Notes: generated by a model from the letters alone, not told the origin. A DNA stretch of 64,000 nt from Macrostomum hystrix (GCA_950097015.1 CATNEN010000026.1:310001-374000), one strand, 5' to 3'. Numbered from the stretch's first letter, positions 12,001 through 26,855 are shown. Translations and numbers: made by a program.

Positions 12001-14655
12001 GTTACGGCTCCGCAAAGCAACCCCTTCTACGAGGTTTGTGTCATAAATTCGCTGACAAACTTACATAGCGTCTGTTTCTTTTGTACTTTGGGGCAGAATT
12101 TTTTTATACAGACTAAGGCACCATCGATCTTATTGTCTATGGAAAATCTTCCCTCTGGCTTTTGAGACACGGCAGAAATCGAGTGGCATTCAAACCACCC
12201 TTTTATCCAGTACGGAGAAAAGTGAAGCTACCAAGCGTCTGTCTTTTGGTCTTTGTGGAAGAAGCAGAAGAAGCAGGCTGATATTTACCGTGAGCTGCTG
12301 CAAATCTTTAGCGAGGATGCACCTTCGAAACAAACTGTGTCAAAGTGGGTGCAGCGCTTTGAGGACGGCTGGGAAACAGTTGATGATGCTCCCCGCCCAG
12401 GTGCACCGCGGTCATCCACTTCCAGTGACAACATCCAGCGTGTGCAGCATGCCCTGGACGATGATCGTGGAGCAACCCTGAGGCAGTTAGAGGACTTGTT
12501 GGAGATACCAATGAAGTGCATTCATTGCATCATCTCCGACCATCTGCATATGACACGAGTTGTTGCACGATGGGTCCCTAAACTGCTGACTCCTGTCCAA
12601 CTGCAAGAGAGGGTCCGCCACCTACTCAACGCCTATCAAAACGAGCCCGACTTTCTTGGCCGCCTGGTGACTGGTGATGAAACGTGGTTTCACTTCTACG
12701 AACCAGAAACGAAACGGCAGAGCAGCGTCTGGAAGGCTACTCACGAACCCCCACCGGTCAAGGCCAAGGCGGTGCAGTCAGCAGGTAAGCGCATGGCCAC
12801 CGTGTTCTGGGACAGAGAAGGCATCTTGCTGATCGAGTGGCTACCTGAAGGCAGAACCATCAACGCCCAGTACTACTGTGAAATATTGGAACGGCTGCGT
12901 GAGAAGATCAAGAGTGAGCGCCGGGGAAGGATCACCAGGGGCATTGTGCTGCAGCAGGACAACGCCAGGCCGCATACCTGCAATGCAACTATGGATGTCA
13001 TCAGGAGACTAGGCTTCGAGTTGCTGCCTCACCCTGCCTATTCTCCTGACCTGGCCCCCAGTGACTACTGGTTGTTCCCTAAAATGAAAGAGCCTCTTGG
13101 TGGCCATCGCTATGGAAGCCTTTCTGCTCTCAGCTCGGCCATCAGCCAGTGGGTTCGAGGGACCCCCACCGAATTCTTCGCCCAGGGCATCAGCAAGCTG
13201 CCAGAGAGATGGCACAAATGTGTGCAGCTTGGGGTGACTATGTTGAGAAGTGCAATGTTGTCAATTAGCTGTTCTTTGTTTTGTTTCTTTGATATCTGCA
13301 GTTGTCAGCGAATTTATGACACAACCCTCCTAGATCATTACGTTGGGTTCCCGACATTCAGAAATCATGAAGTTGGATTCTCATTTAACCATAATTTTAC
13401 TACTGTTTTTATTGCTCCCGTCACATCTCATCAGATTCTTCCATTCTTGATGACTTACCTCGTAGATGCTGGTGATCTCCAGCGGATAAAACAGAGGCAC
13501 GAAGGTGAAAGCGCTGACCAAACAGGCCAGGGAAATCCCAATGCAGGACATATTATAGTAGCTGCCAAAGTAGAAGATTTCCGCTGGGGATCCTGTTTCA
13601 GTATGTCAGTATGAAATGTTTCATTAAATCATCGATTGATTCATATCTCGTAGATCCATCCCTAGTTGCGGTCTCAATCTAGAATCACATGACATTCCCA
13701 GCATATCAGCACGCAGTTATGACTGTGTGACAGCTTACCTAATGTCATGCACTCTATACCCTTTGGTATAAGGTAGCCAAGCAACACACTTCACGATTTG
13801 AAAGCGCAGATAAAACTATCGGCCCCCCATATAGATATGAACGGCCCTATTATCCTTTGAGTTTAACTCTGGCTGATAACACGCGTCGCCTGCGCTACAC
13901 AGAATAAGCTTCCTGTGAATTTCAAAGAAGATAGCAAAGATTGTGGGACAAAGGTTAGTAAAATTTGAACATACTAAATAGAGAGACGACATGCCAGCTG
14001 AGCAATAGGAGTTGGGCATTCTCGGCTGCATGCTTATTACATAAGGAAAGAGAGCACGCGGAGAGAAATTCATGAGCAGTCTCACTAAAGGTGCGACGCA
14101 TACGTTGCTTGTGCGTATGCGAGCGCTCACGAAGCCTCCGTACAGTGAGTGGCGCCCGCCCCCACTCCTCTGGATTTGTTCTCCCCGCCTTCTCTTCTCT
14201 GCTTCTTCTATAAGCTGTATTGTAGTTTTTATATTCAACAAGCACTCTCGCAGTTGCCACCCCTAGCCCCGTCATTCAGTCCCTAGAAATTGTTGACTGC
14301 AAGTTACTCACTGAAAATCGATGCGCCTCAAAATGGTCAACGTAGGTCATAAATTGGCTGAGTAAGAGAATGAGACCGTGGCAGTGAGAGAGATGGAAGT
14401 AGGTGAAGACAGAGGAGGATGAAGAGGGCATGAGGCTAATGACCGAAAGCAATATTACTAACCCAGCAAGGCTACGGCCGACCAGAAGGACACCAGGATT
14501 GAGATGGCCACGGGCAACAGTCGCATTTGCCTGTTACCCATCACGTACTCCTTGGTAGACTTCTGCCTGCCGCCGGTGCACGACGTGAAGATGCCGATGC
14601 CGACGGAGGCCAGGCAGATCACGGCGATGAACACGTAGTCTACGGGGTGCATCAT
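6065..14655 (-). CDS. Sodium:solute symporter, SLC5A5/6/8/12 (SMCT/SMVT/NIS) subfamily, 626 aa, 12 exons
   Basis: Exons 14655-14463, 13592-13459, 11433-11365, 10906-10855, 10129-10062, 9983-9903, 9815-9601, 9243-9108, 9021-8936, 8439-8330, 7494-6956, 6262-6065 sum to 1881 nt in frame. Motifs: YVMGNRQM..LPVAISILVSFWSA..LLGSPAEIFYFG, YEYLELRY, GGIKAVIWSDVFQ, NQAAFQRF, CDP, LLPYYV. Intron 9022-9107 is GC-AG. Confidence 0.93.
6293..6915. repeat. 23-bp minisatellite, ~27 copies, fills the last SLC5 intron
   Basis: Unit TGTGTATCAGCTCACAAAGCATT. It explains the spurious ORFs 6050-7373. Confidence 0.97.
8511..8890. repeat. 33-bp minisatellite, ~11 copies, in SLC5 intron 8440-8935
   Basis: Unit GGATGGGGCTGGCTGGGACTGGTTGGTATTGCA. 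Confidence 0.97.
9421..9580. repeat. Imperfect 27-bp tandem repeat in an SLC5 intron
   Basis: Unit CAGTGTCTTGTCACTCATCACCCACCC: 3 adjacent copies plus one displaced copy. Confidence 0.8.
10286..10505. repeat. Local duplication of a ~90-bp segment
   Basis: TTGACCTTGAAGCA.GCACAGCATGC...TTTGAATGGCTGTTAAAAGTA.ATATTTAGA.TTATCACACT occurs at ~10286 and ~10416. Confidence 0.8.
11542..11860 (+). mobile_element. SINE family A, 5'-truncated copy
   Basis: cggcgagg.acacattcatttggggcgcagccgtggagagaaggcttgggg...gatgagaaagtgagggcag.tgtacacacc matches family A copies at 41849 and 49897. Confidence 0.75.
12030..13330 (+). mobile_element. Full-length mariner (Tc1/mariner DD34D) transposon, 1301 bp, in SLC5 intron 2
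   Basis: TA duplication at 12028-29 and 13331-32. ~29-bp TIRs CGAGGTTTGTGTCATAAATTCGCTGACAA / TTGTCAGCGAATTTATGACACAACCCTCC (2 mismatches). Transposase motifs WVPKLL, TGDETW, QDNARPH, YSPDLAPSDY with D34D spacing. Confidence 0.96.
12212..13251 (+). pseudogene. Mariner transposase, probably inactivated (eroded start, C-terminal frameshift)
   Basis: The expected start region reads ACG GAG AAA AGT.., out of frame with the main ORF. The canonical end G-D-Y-V-E-K (GGT GAC TAT GTT GAG AAG) is shifted by 1 nt at the G-run 13231-13234, so the listed 453-aa ORF reads through the TIR. Confidence 0.8.
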
Positions 14656-15504
14656 GGCTTGGCTGGCTCTGCTATTCGCTGAATGGCTGGCTGGAAGCTC
14701 GCGAGCTCTTTACGAGTTGAAAAAAAAAGAAAAAGTAGCGGGCGTACGCTCTTAATGCTGCATTTTAGAAGCCTCTAATTGGCTGCCATTCGCCAGCAAA
14801 TGAGTGGACGGGAGAAACGTTTGTATCAGCCATGCGAGACCAACTCATAAAGATGTTATCACAAGTGTACATGTACACTTACAAATGTAACTTGGCAAAT
14901 CAGCTGTCAATATATAGTTATTGTTATTTTACCTACGGAGTGGGTGGTTAACAGAAGTTCTGAGTGCGCTATGAGAACAGGTGTTTTCAAACTGGAAACA
15001 ATAGTAGTGTAACTCGTCGCATTGATGATGCACTCGCAAGATAACTTAACCTTTTGTTTCACGCTACAACTACCGGGTCAGAATTTACAAGTGTGTGTGT
15101 GAGTGTGTTAATATAGCCAAAGAACTGGTTAAACTCATAGATTTCTATATGCATTGTTCTCTCCATCTCCCCTTCTTCTTTACTGCATTGTCTTGAAACC
15201 CAAAATCTCTCTCCACAACCCCACTCAACATTCCTGTGTTGTGCCCGAAAATTCTACCAGAAGTTTTTCAGCTTTGGCAACCAAAAAGAAAACCTAACCT
15301 CTACCATAGAGCTCTGAATCTAGAAACTGGAGACAACTCTCCGCCAAACCCCCATTTTCCAGACCAGAGTAGGCTGACTGGCTGGCCCAAAAATACACAA
15401 AGCAGATAGGAGATTCTGATGCACTACTTTGAGAAAAGCACAGAAAACTTCCGTATCGTGAAACAGATTTTCAAAACGTTTGTTTTATTAGAAAGCTGAA
15501 TAAT

Positions 15505-15870
15505 TTTGTTGTGTGTGTGTGTTAACCTTGGCTCGGCGGGCCAGGGCCAGTACCTGCTCCTGGGAAAAGCTCGGCGAAGAAGCCCCAGACGGTCTTGGGC
15601 TGGGACCAGAGATCCCGCGGGACGAGCGAGGTGGGACGAGCCGGGCAGGCGAACAGATGCGTGACCGACTCTTCCTCGCCGTGGCAACGCGGGCAGGTGG
15701 CAGGCGACTCCTGGTCGAGGCGGTGCTTAAAACTGGCCAGGTGAAGGCAGAAACCCGACCGGAGTTGGGCTAGCGCGGGCGGAGCGCGGCAACTGCGTCT
15801 CGGAGGCGTCGATCACAGGCGGCGGCGCGCCGAGCGTCAGCATTGTCGAAGATCCTGGTGGCAAGGACAA
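15505..15870 (-). mobile_element. 5'-truncated non-LTR retrotransposon (I/Nimb-like clade) ORF2 C-terminal fragment
   Basis: The minus strand encodes LGAPPPVIDASETQLPR / AQLRSGFCLHLASFKHRLDQESPATCPRCHGEEESVTHLFACPARPTSLVPRDLW, a CCHC Zn-knuckle region with one frameshift. It ends at TAA followed by a (CA)n/CAA tail. Confidence 0.8.
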
Positions 15871-17963
15871 CTAACATTGCTCAGTAGAAACATCTGTTTA
15901 AACTCAACGAAAATAGCAGACATGGCTACATGGTCACAGGGTCACAATTTGTGAGCAGAATTTTATTACTATTACTATTGATTTTTAATAAAGCAAAATC
16001 AAACACTGGAGCTGGTCGCAAAATCTTTTTGACAAGCACAAAAACGGAGACAACCACACAGTGCACTGAATACACTATGGGACACCATAAACTGTATAAT
16101 ATATATTGCTATATAATGCATAGAGACAGCATGCCAACAAAAATTGGATGAAAATAAAATAAAACACAAAAGCGAGACCGGCACGAGAATATAGCATTGG
16201 TTTGATTGATTGCAACAAAAGCACTGAACAACATACCATCAATACTACTCACTAAACAGACAATAGAGCTTATATATCATGGAAGAATTGACAAACTATA
16301 AGAAAATAAATGGCAATGCGATTTCGGGAGAAAATTGGTCAACCTTAGAAGAGACAGAATAATGCGAGCGGCAAACATTTTATTAACCTTAAATACTATA
16401 AAGCAAAGAACTTATCTCCGATAACAAAAAAGACTTGGAAACTAAACAAATGGTTACCATCTCGACTCAATGAAATTACTAATTTGATCAAATCTGAGCT
16501 TCAAAAACCAGTTGTTTGCTTTACTGAAGGACTAGCCAAGCCACTCTGGAAGAAAATCTACGTATCATATGACTAATTAAGGAATTCGATATATACGCTC
16601 GTAATTAAAGCAATACTGCATATTGGTAGGAGAGAAATGATACACTCTGCCTACAATGCTGATTGGCTGGCTGGTTGAGGTGGGTGTCGACGCTGGCGGC
16701 AGAGCATTTATAGCTTATAAAGGTTCCCACGCCCGCCCCAGCACTGACACCCACCCCAGCCGGGTCAGCCAATCAGAGATGTGGATCGAACAGACCGTGC
16801 TACCTTCCTACTACAGATATACATCAGCTAGTTTCTTGGGGTGGGTCTCAGGGTCGGGCAATAGAAAAGACCTGCAGGCCTTACAATCCATTTTTTAGAT
16901 ATTTCCCCTTGAAGTTTCGTTTGAGTAAATATTGGGAGAAATGGACGAAATTAGACGAAAATAGACGAAAAATTGAAATGGATACAAACAACAGCTTAAT
17001 GTAAAGGCAAGCATTAAAGCATTTTCTTCATATAATCAACTAACAGACAAATCTCAAACAAATATTGAGTACATGAAATTGGTCAATTGGAGTATATGAT
17101 GAGGAAACCGAAGAAGTACCCGACAAATGATCGTGTCGCGTAGTCACGTGTTTCGCATAAGGCTGAGAGTACGATGGATAGGGGTTCTTCAACTATTGAT
17201 ATTCTAAAAATAGAAAATAACTAAAACCACGACAGCCAATTAAAATTTAAAGTACCATGGTCAAGTACCATGGTATTTGCATAAGTTCTGCAAAAAGACT
17301 AGAAAAAGAAGAAATTACGGAAATAACGCGATAATACGCGCAGACTTTGAGGTACTGATTTTTAACTGTTGTGCCAGGGTGAGAAAAAAAGTCGCACACA
17401 TGTTTAGAACATAATATCAAAATAAAACGAATTCAAATGACAAAAGTACAAACTGAACATAAAATTAGAGGCAAAAAATGCCTTCTCTGCCAATAATTGC
17501 GACAAAAAACTGACTTAGTAAGGATGAGATATCCCGTTTCGCTATATTGACTTGAAAACAGAAAGTATTGATAAAGGATTGGAGTTTAAAACGCGAGCAA
17601 CTGTATGAACACAAGCAGAAAGTTATTGAAGCAGGGATTTCAGCAGATTGTAAGTCTCGTTTATACGAGAGGGCTTTCAGTTTCTCAATAGCGATAAACA
17701 AAACAATAAACAATAAGTACATTAACGACCTTTGCCCAGCCAATAAGAAGTGACCATAAAATGTGACTCGCCCATTGAAAAGTGATACTGCAAGTCCAAC
17801 TGGCTCAACTAATTAAAAACTCTCTTTTGATTGACGCAGCCAATAAGAATCGGCGGTGGTATTTGACCTTGTCTCAGCCAATAAAAAGAGACCATGAAAT
17901 CCCATTGGCTAGCAAATGAAAAGTGATCTTAAATAAGCATATAATCCAGTGCTAAATCTATCT

Positions 17964-20900
17964 TTAGAAGCGACCGCCGCTGCCACCGCCAGTGAAGGCG
18001 GACCGGGCCGAGGCTGCGGCGGCGTCGGCAGCGGCGCCTCGGACGGCTTCGTTGGTTAGAACGCCCTGGCTAAACTCTTGCCGGGCCTTGGCGAAGCTGG
18101 CGCCGGTGCTGCGGTAGATACGGTGAACCTAGATAACGATTAAAATGCGAAAAAAGTCACATGAAAGCTCTTCTAAAAACAACGAGTACAGTGTATTAAT
18201 TGAAGGCAGACAGATGAAAAGCACGATAAGCCTTACCCGAATTAAGAGGGCCATGTCTAGGCCAGCCAGTGCGGTGAAACCCAGCGCAATGAGCAGCATG
18301 AAGACGCCAACTGGCGTGCTCTGCTTCATCATAACAAACGCGTTGATCCAGCCGCATGAACCGAGATAGTCCAATCCGAGGCACTGGATGGCCAGGATGA
18401 CAAACTGCACGAAGAACATGGCGAAGAAGATGAAGAAGTTGAAGCTGCTGTCGTTTCTGAAACAAATTATATTATAGATGTTTATACTGAATTAGAATGG
18501 GCACTGTGGTCGAATATGAGGATGTGGGAAGATTGTTGGTCAAATATGAGGATCTGGGAAGATTGTTGGTCAAATATGAGGATCTGGGAAGATTGTTGGT
18601 CAAATATGAGGATCTGTGGAGATTGTTGGTCAAATATGAGGATCTGTGGAGATTGTTGGTCAAATATGAGGATCTGGGAAGATTCTTGGTCAAATATGAG
18701 GATGTGGAAAGATTGTTGGTCAAATATGAGGATGTGGGAAGATTCTTGGTCAAATATGAGGATGTGGAAAGATTCTTGGTCAAATATGAGGATGTGGGAA
18801 GATTCTTGGTCAAATATGAGGATGTGGAAAGATTCTTGGTCAAATATGAGGATGTGGAAAGATTCTTGGTCAAATATGAGGATGTGGAAAGATTCTTGGT
18901 CAAATATGAGGATGTGGGAAGATTCTTGGTCAAATATGAGGATGTGGAAAGATTCTTGGTCAAATATGAGGATGTGGGAAGATTCTTGATCAAATATGAG
19001 GATGTGGGAAGATTCTTCGTCAAATATGAGGATGTGGAAAGATTCTTGGTCAAATATGAGGATGTGGGAAGATTCTTGGTCAAATATGAGGATGTGGGAA
19101 GATTCATCGTCAAATATGAGGATCTGGGAAGATTCTTGGTCAAATATGAGGATGTGGAAAGATTCTTGGTCAAATATGAGGATGTGGAAAGATTCTTGGT
19201 CAAATATGAGAATCTGGGAAGATTGTTGGTCAAATATGAGGATGTGGAGATTGTTGGTCAAATATGAGGATCTGGGGAGATTGTTGGTCAAATATGAGGA
19301 TCTGGGGAGATTGTTGGTCAAATATGAGGATGTGGAAAGATTCTTGGTCAAATATGAGAATCTGGGAAGATTGTTGGTCAAATATGAGGATGTGGAGATT
19401 GTTGGTCAAATATGAGGATCTGGGGAGATTGTTGGTCAAATATGAGGATCTGTGGAGATTGTTGGTCAAATATGAGGATCTGGGAAGATTCTTGGTCAAA
19501 TGTGAGGATCTGGGAAGATTCTTGGTCAAATGTGAGGATCTGGGAAGATTCTTGGTCAAATGTGAGTATCTGGGAAGATTCTTGGTCAAATGTGAGGATC
19601 TGGGAAGTTTCATCGTCAAATAAAAAAAGTGTGGGAATGATGTTCGTTGAATGTGAAGATCAGGAAGGATGCAACTCACTTGAAGGCCTTGTAGAGCGGT
19701 CTGAACCAACAAACATAAGAGGCTGGCAGAAAGGCCACGCAGATGATCAGCGACACGCCAAAAACAGTTCCGGCGTTGGTCTTGCCCTCCTGGACTCCGA
19801 TTAAGTAGGCCAGAGTGCCCAGAATGTTCACTAGCAGCACGCCACAGTGAGCAAGCCACAGGTAGTAGGATAGGCGAATTAAAGAGCGAAACTCCGACGG
19901 TATGTCGACGTCGATGTCCTGATAAAAGCACGGACCCACAGGAAAGAATGCGGGCAGTGGAGGCCAGTTGTTCTGCCGGACTGTAGAAAGGTGTTTTTCC
20001 GAATTTACAATTCTCCGAATTGCCTATTCATAATTAATAACTAAGGATTACACCTGCCCCAATCGGGTCAGACGCGCAGCCGACAGCATAGCATTAGCTA
20101 TTGCACTGTTCAGTCCATGGACTGGGGGGACGCCACACTACCTCTTTTAACAGCTGTGTGAACTGAATCAATGCAGAGTTAATGGTCTTTCTAAAGGACA
20201 CAAATTGTTTCAGTGGATTTGGGAATCGAAACCACTACCTTTAAGTCGTTAGTCTGACGCTCTAACCACTAGGCTACAACCCCTCACTAGGCTAAAACCC
20301 CTCACTAGGCTACAACCACTCACTAGGCTACAACCCCTCACTAGGCTACAACCCCTCACTAGGCTACAACCCTCACTAGGCTACAACCCCTCACTAGGCT
20401 ACAACCCCTCACTAGGCTAAAACCCCTCACTAGGCTACAACCACTCACTAGGCTACAACCACTCACTAGGCTACAACCACTCACTAGGCTACAACCCCTC
20501 ACTAGGCTACAACCCCTCACTAGGCTAAAACCCCTCACTAGGCTACAACCACTCACTAGGCTACAACCCCTCAACTGCCTTTTTGTCAAAGCTTGACAAG
20601 ATAGGATTTCGATCAGGGGTGAGTGGCACAGCAGCCAAATCCACTCACATCCGCCAGCGGCGCCGCCGGCACCAGCCGCCAATTCTGCTTCGCGTCGTCT
20701 CTGCTCTTCCTCTCGGCGCTCCAGCTCGCGCGCCTTGGCTTCCAGCTCGCGCTGTCGCCGCTCCAGCTCCTCGTTGGTGATTCGCTGCTGTGCGCTGGCG
20801 CTGTAGGCTGGTGGCGGCTGCGGCTGCTGAGGCTGGTAGGGCAGCACAGCTGGCTGCTGAGGCTGCAGAGGCTGCTGCTCGCTTGCACTGAATGGGCTGA

Positions 20901-22000
20901 AAGTGTCCATGGCCGAGCGTGATGAGGCCGGCTGGTTGCCTCTCACCTGCTGCACCGAGGGGTCCTTCCAATGTAGCAAGGAAATACAGCATACTTATAT
21001 GAGGCAATGCAGAGTGTGTCATGCTAAAGGACACAGTTTGTATAAGTGAGGTTGAGAATTGAGCTCGCAACCTTTAAGCTGTGATTCTAAACAATGATTG
21101 TAACCTTGCCTAGGTAACAAACTAATGGTTAATTTCTCTGCTAGTTATAGAATGTGTTTCATTAAAAAAATTTACGAGTAAGGTTAGCAATATGACAACA
21201 ACATTACTTTAAGACTTAATACTTTTACATTTTTGTAGATAAAAAAGGTTAATCAACTCTATTCTGTAGGAAGAAATTTATACTAAAATAACTATTTATA
21301 GACTATGTTGAATAAATAATCCCTATACATTCTAGTCATGTATTATTATTTATATAAAAGTAATGTATGTTACACTATTTTTAACATTTCAAGCCTTTAG
21401 TGCTCAGAAGTATAAGCCTATGGTTGTATGGACAGTTTTAACATTATAGAATATATCTAAATACTCATTTCTAGTTTCTAAATATAGATAGTATACAAAG
21501 TATGTAGCTACTGGCTCCCATGAAATAAGATCACAATTTTTTTTATTATTTGCTACAGTAAATAGTTTGCAAATTAGCTATTGGTTCACTTTATTTTCCT
21601 GGTATTTTCCTAGAGATTGTAGGACAATTAGCTAGAAAAATATGCAATAAATTTGAAAACTAGCAAATTCTACCCTAGGACTAAATTAAAGCTAACTAAA
21701 AATAAAGAAATAAATAAGAACATTGTTTGTTAAGTTCCTAGCAATGAACAATATATACATGTCATAAGAAAGTAACTGTGGAATAAAAAAATAAATAATT
21801 TGTAACTATATGCAAGTATAAAAATTGAAACTATTTGAGGAGCAATAGAAGAAATATAAGGTTTTTATATCTGTATTATAAAAAAAATAGAACAATTTTA
21901 ATCATCTAATCCTAAATCAAGACTCAAGAAAACTTACAGAAAAAGGACTTGAATTGGATAATTTGTTGGGATCAGCAAATGGATTGTCGAAATTAGACAT
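17964..22000 (-). CDS. SCAMP: Secretory carrier membrane protein (SCAMP), 354 aa, 5 exons
   Basis: Exons 22000-21938, 20964-20649, 19980-19680, 18456-18237, 18128-17964, phase-consistent. N-terminal NPF, coiled coil [18 protein letters not shown]...PCFYQD, E-peptide [19 protein letters not shown], and [15 protein letters not shown]. Confidence 0.95.
18510..19620. repeat. 30-bp minisatellite, ~37 copies, fills SCAMP intron 3
   Basis: Unit CAAATATGAGGATGTGGGAAGATTCTTGGT with point variants and 28-bp variants. Confidence 0.97.
20046..20285 (-). mobile_element. SINE family B (tRNA-derived, CORE-type), internally deleted copy
   Basis: Minus-strand head GAGGGGTTGTAGCCTAGTGGTTAGAGCG...GTTTCGATTCCC (A and B boxes); 3' end ATTGGGGCAGGTGTAATC. 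Matches 53952-54264. Confidence 0.85.
20268..20572. repeat. 18-bp tandem repeat, ~17 copies, identical to the first 18 nt of the adjacent SINE B
   Basis: Unit ACTAGGCTACAACCCCTC. Confidence 0.95.
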
Positions 22001-22516
22001 TTCTCTTTCAACGTTTTATAAAGATTAGAAAGGTATTAGTAAAAAATTGTGAAAGGTATGTCCAAGACTCCAAGTCTATTTCAATGACAAAATTTTTAGG
22101 GTAACACTCAGTATTTATTTTTCGATGCAGAAATCTATGAAGCAATTACTATTATTTAACAGTCTTGTAAAAAAGTGACAACTGCAGACAAGTATTAATA
22201 ACTTCTAAATTGTTTAGGTCAGCAACAGACTTAGTAAGTAAGCTAAAGTAAGTATGTACCTAAGCTAGAGAGAACGATGATGTGCATCTTTTTTTCTCGC
22301 TTTAATTATCGCGCAACTCCGAAAATCAGCTTTCGAACGTAAATTTCTAGCAGTAGAACAAAGAAAAAGTAGAAATAAACTTCCACTTTCGCAATAAAGT
22401 GACAAATGAATATTAATTTCTTTATAAAATATTCAAGTATCTCTAAATCATAAGATTATTGTTTCTAAACTATGACGATAATGAAAATATATATGTTTTA
22501 AAAGGCATACCTTCAA

Positions 22517-22668
22517 TCGGCAGTAGTGAAAATGACGATTGATCGGCAGTAGTGAAAATGACGATTGATCGGCAGTAGTGAAAATGACGATTGATCGGCA
22601 GTAGTGAAAATGACGATTGATCGGCAGTAGTGAAAATGACGATTGATCGGCAGTAGTGAAAATGACGA
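22517..22668. repeat. 26-bp tandem repeat, ~6 copies, between SCAMP and espin
   Basis: Unit GATCGGCAGTAGTGAAAATGACGATT. Confidence 0.93.
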
Positions 22669-23318
22669 GTGATATTTGCAAGTATATATATTTTCTATGT
22701 TGATACGTCTATACTTCTACGGAGTTCTACAACACTAACAATGAAAGCCATGTATCCGATTTGGGCCAGATACATGTCCATGTTCTGGCCCAAATGGAAA
22801 ATAAGTTCTCATATACTTTTTGGCACATTTAATTTAATGTTATGTTTTAAGTCTGGTGTTACTTAGTTTATGCAGTGGTAGTTTTGAAGTCTTTGGTCAA
22901 AAAAATATTTTTTAGGATGAACTATTGCTACGTATAGTGCCCGCTGGGATTTAGACACAAACTAAATTTTTCATATCAGGTTTATAATTTCCATTTCACA
23001 AAACTCAATAGTAGCATTTGAATGCTTAAAGGAACGGCAATTAAATGCACTCCCAATCATATTTAGCCTAATAATTGAAGAGACTCACATTTTTCATAGA
23101 GACTCATGTCGTGAGTTAGAAACATGTTTTAGCATAAGATTTCCTGCGCTTTAAGATTCAGATTTTCTAAATATAAAATATTACTAGAATGTACTAAATC
23201 CGCAAGAATTTACTAAATATTTCTACACAGAGTTTTAAATACATTTTCTTACACAATATGGAACAATAGTCAGAAATTAACAAATCATAAAACATATTGG
23301 CTACTAAATCATGCTGCA

Positions 23319-26461
<3,143 letters not shown>

Positions 26462-26855
26462 ACAATTGAGTTTAATTGGACTGCATACAGAGCTCCAAGG
26501 CCCATTAGTCTATTAGTTGTTGTTTTTTATCTTCGAATTAAGACAGAAGGATTATTATTTGTGTCGCACCCTTGTACGGACGAATATTATTTGTTACGCC
26601 ATATTCTTAAAGCACAAGTCTGTCTACGACCAATATTATCGTACCCGAGTGCTTCTCTGATAATCACAATTATGCTTTGTTATACAGGTTACTTGTCTTT
26701 ATGAAATATATTGTAGATCTTTATGATCAATACTGAACAGCTGTTCATTGTCGGCTGAGATCTTCATATATCGTATGCTTTCTTCGCGGATCATGAAATC
26801 TGACACCGATCAGTCCGGAAGCAAATGCTCTTCCACTGACAGAAATAGGCGAGCT

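Noticed and set aside
13252-13614. C-terminal extension or fusion of the mariner transposase (453-aa ORF)
   Set aside because: Frameshift read-through past the right TIR into antisense SLC5 exon 2.
16270-16590. Coding-like stretch on the plus strand (MEELTNYKK... / ...KPLWKKIYVSYD)
   Set aside because: Broken by a stop and a frameshift, with no recognisable homology; at most a decayed element.
18472-19931. Multiple 120-300-aa repetitive ORFs
   Set aside because: 30-bp intronic array; the SCAMP exon phases close without them.
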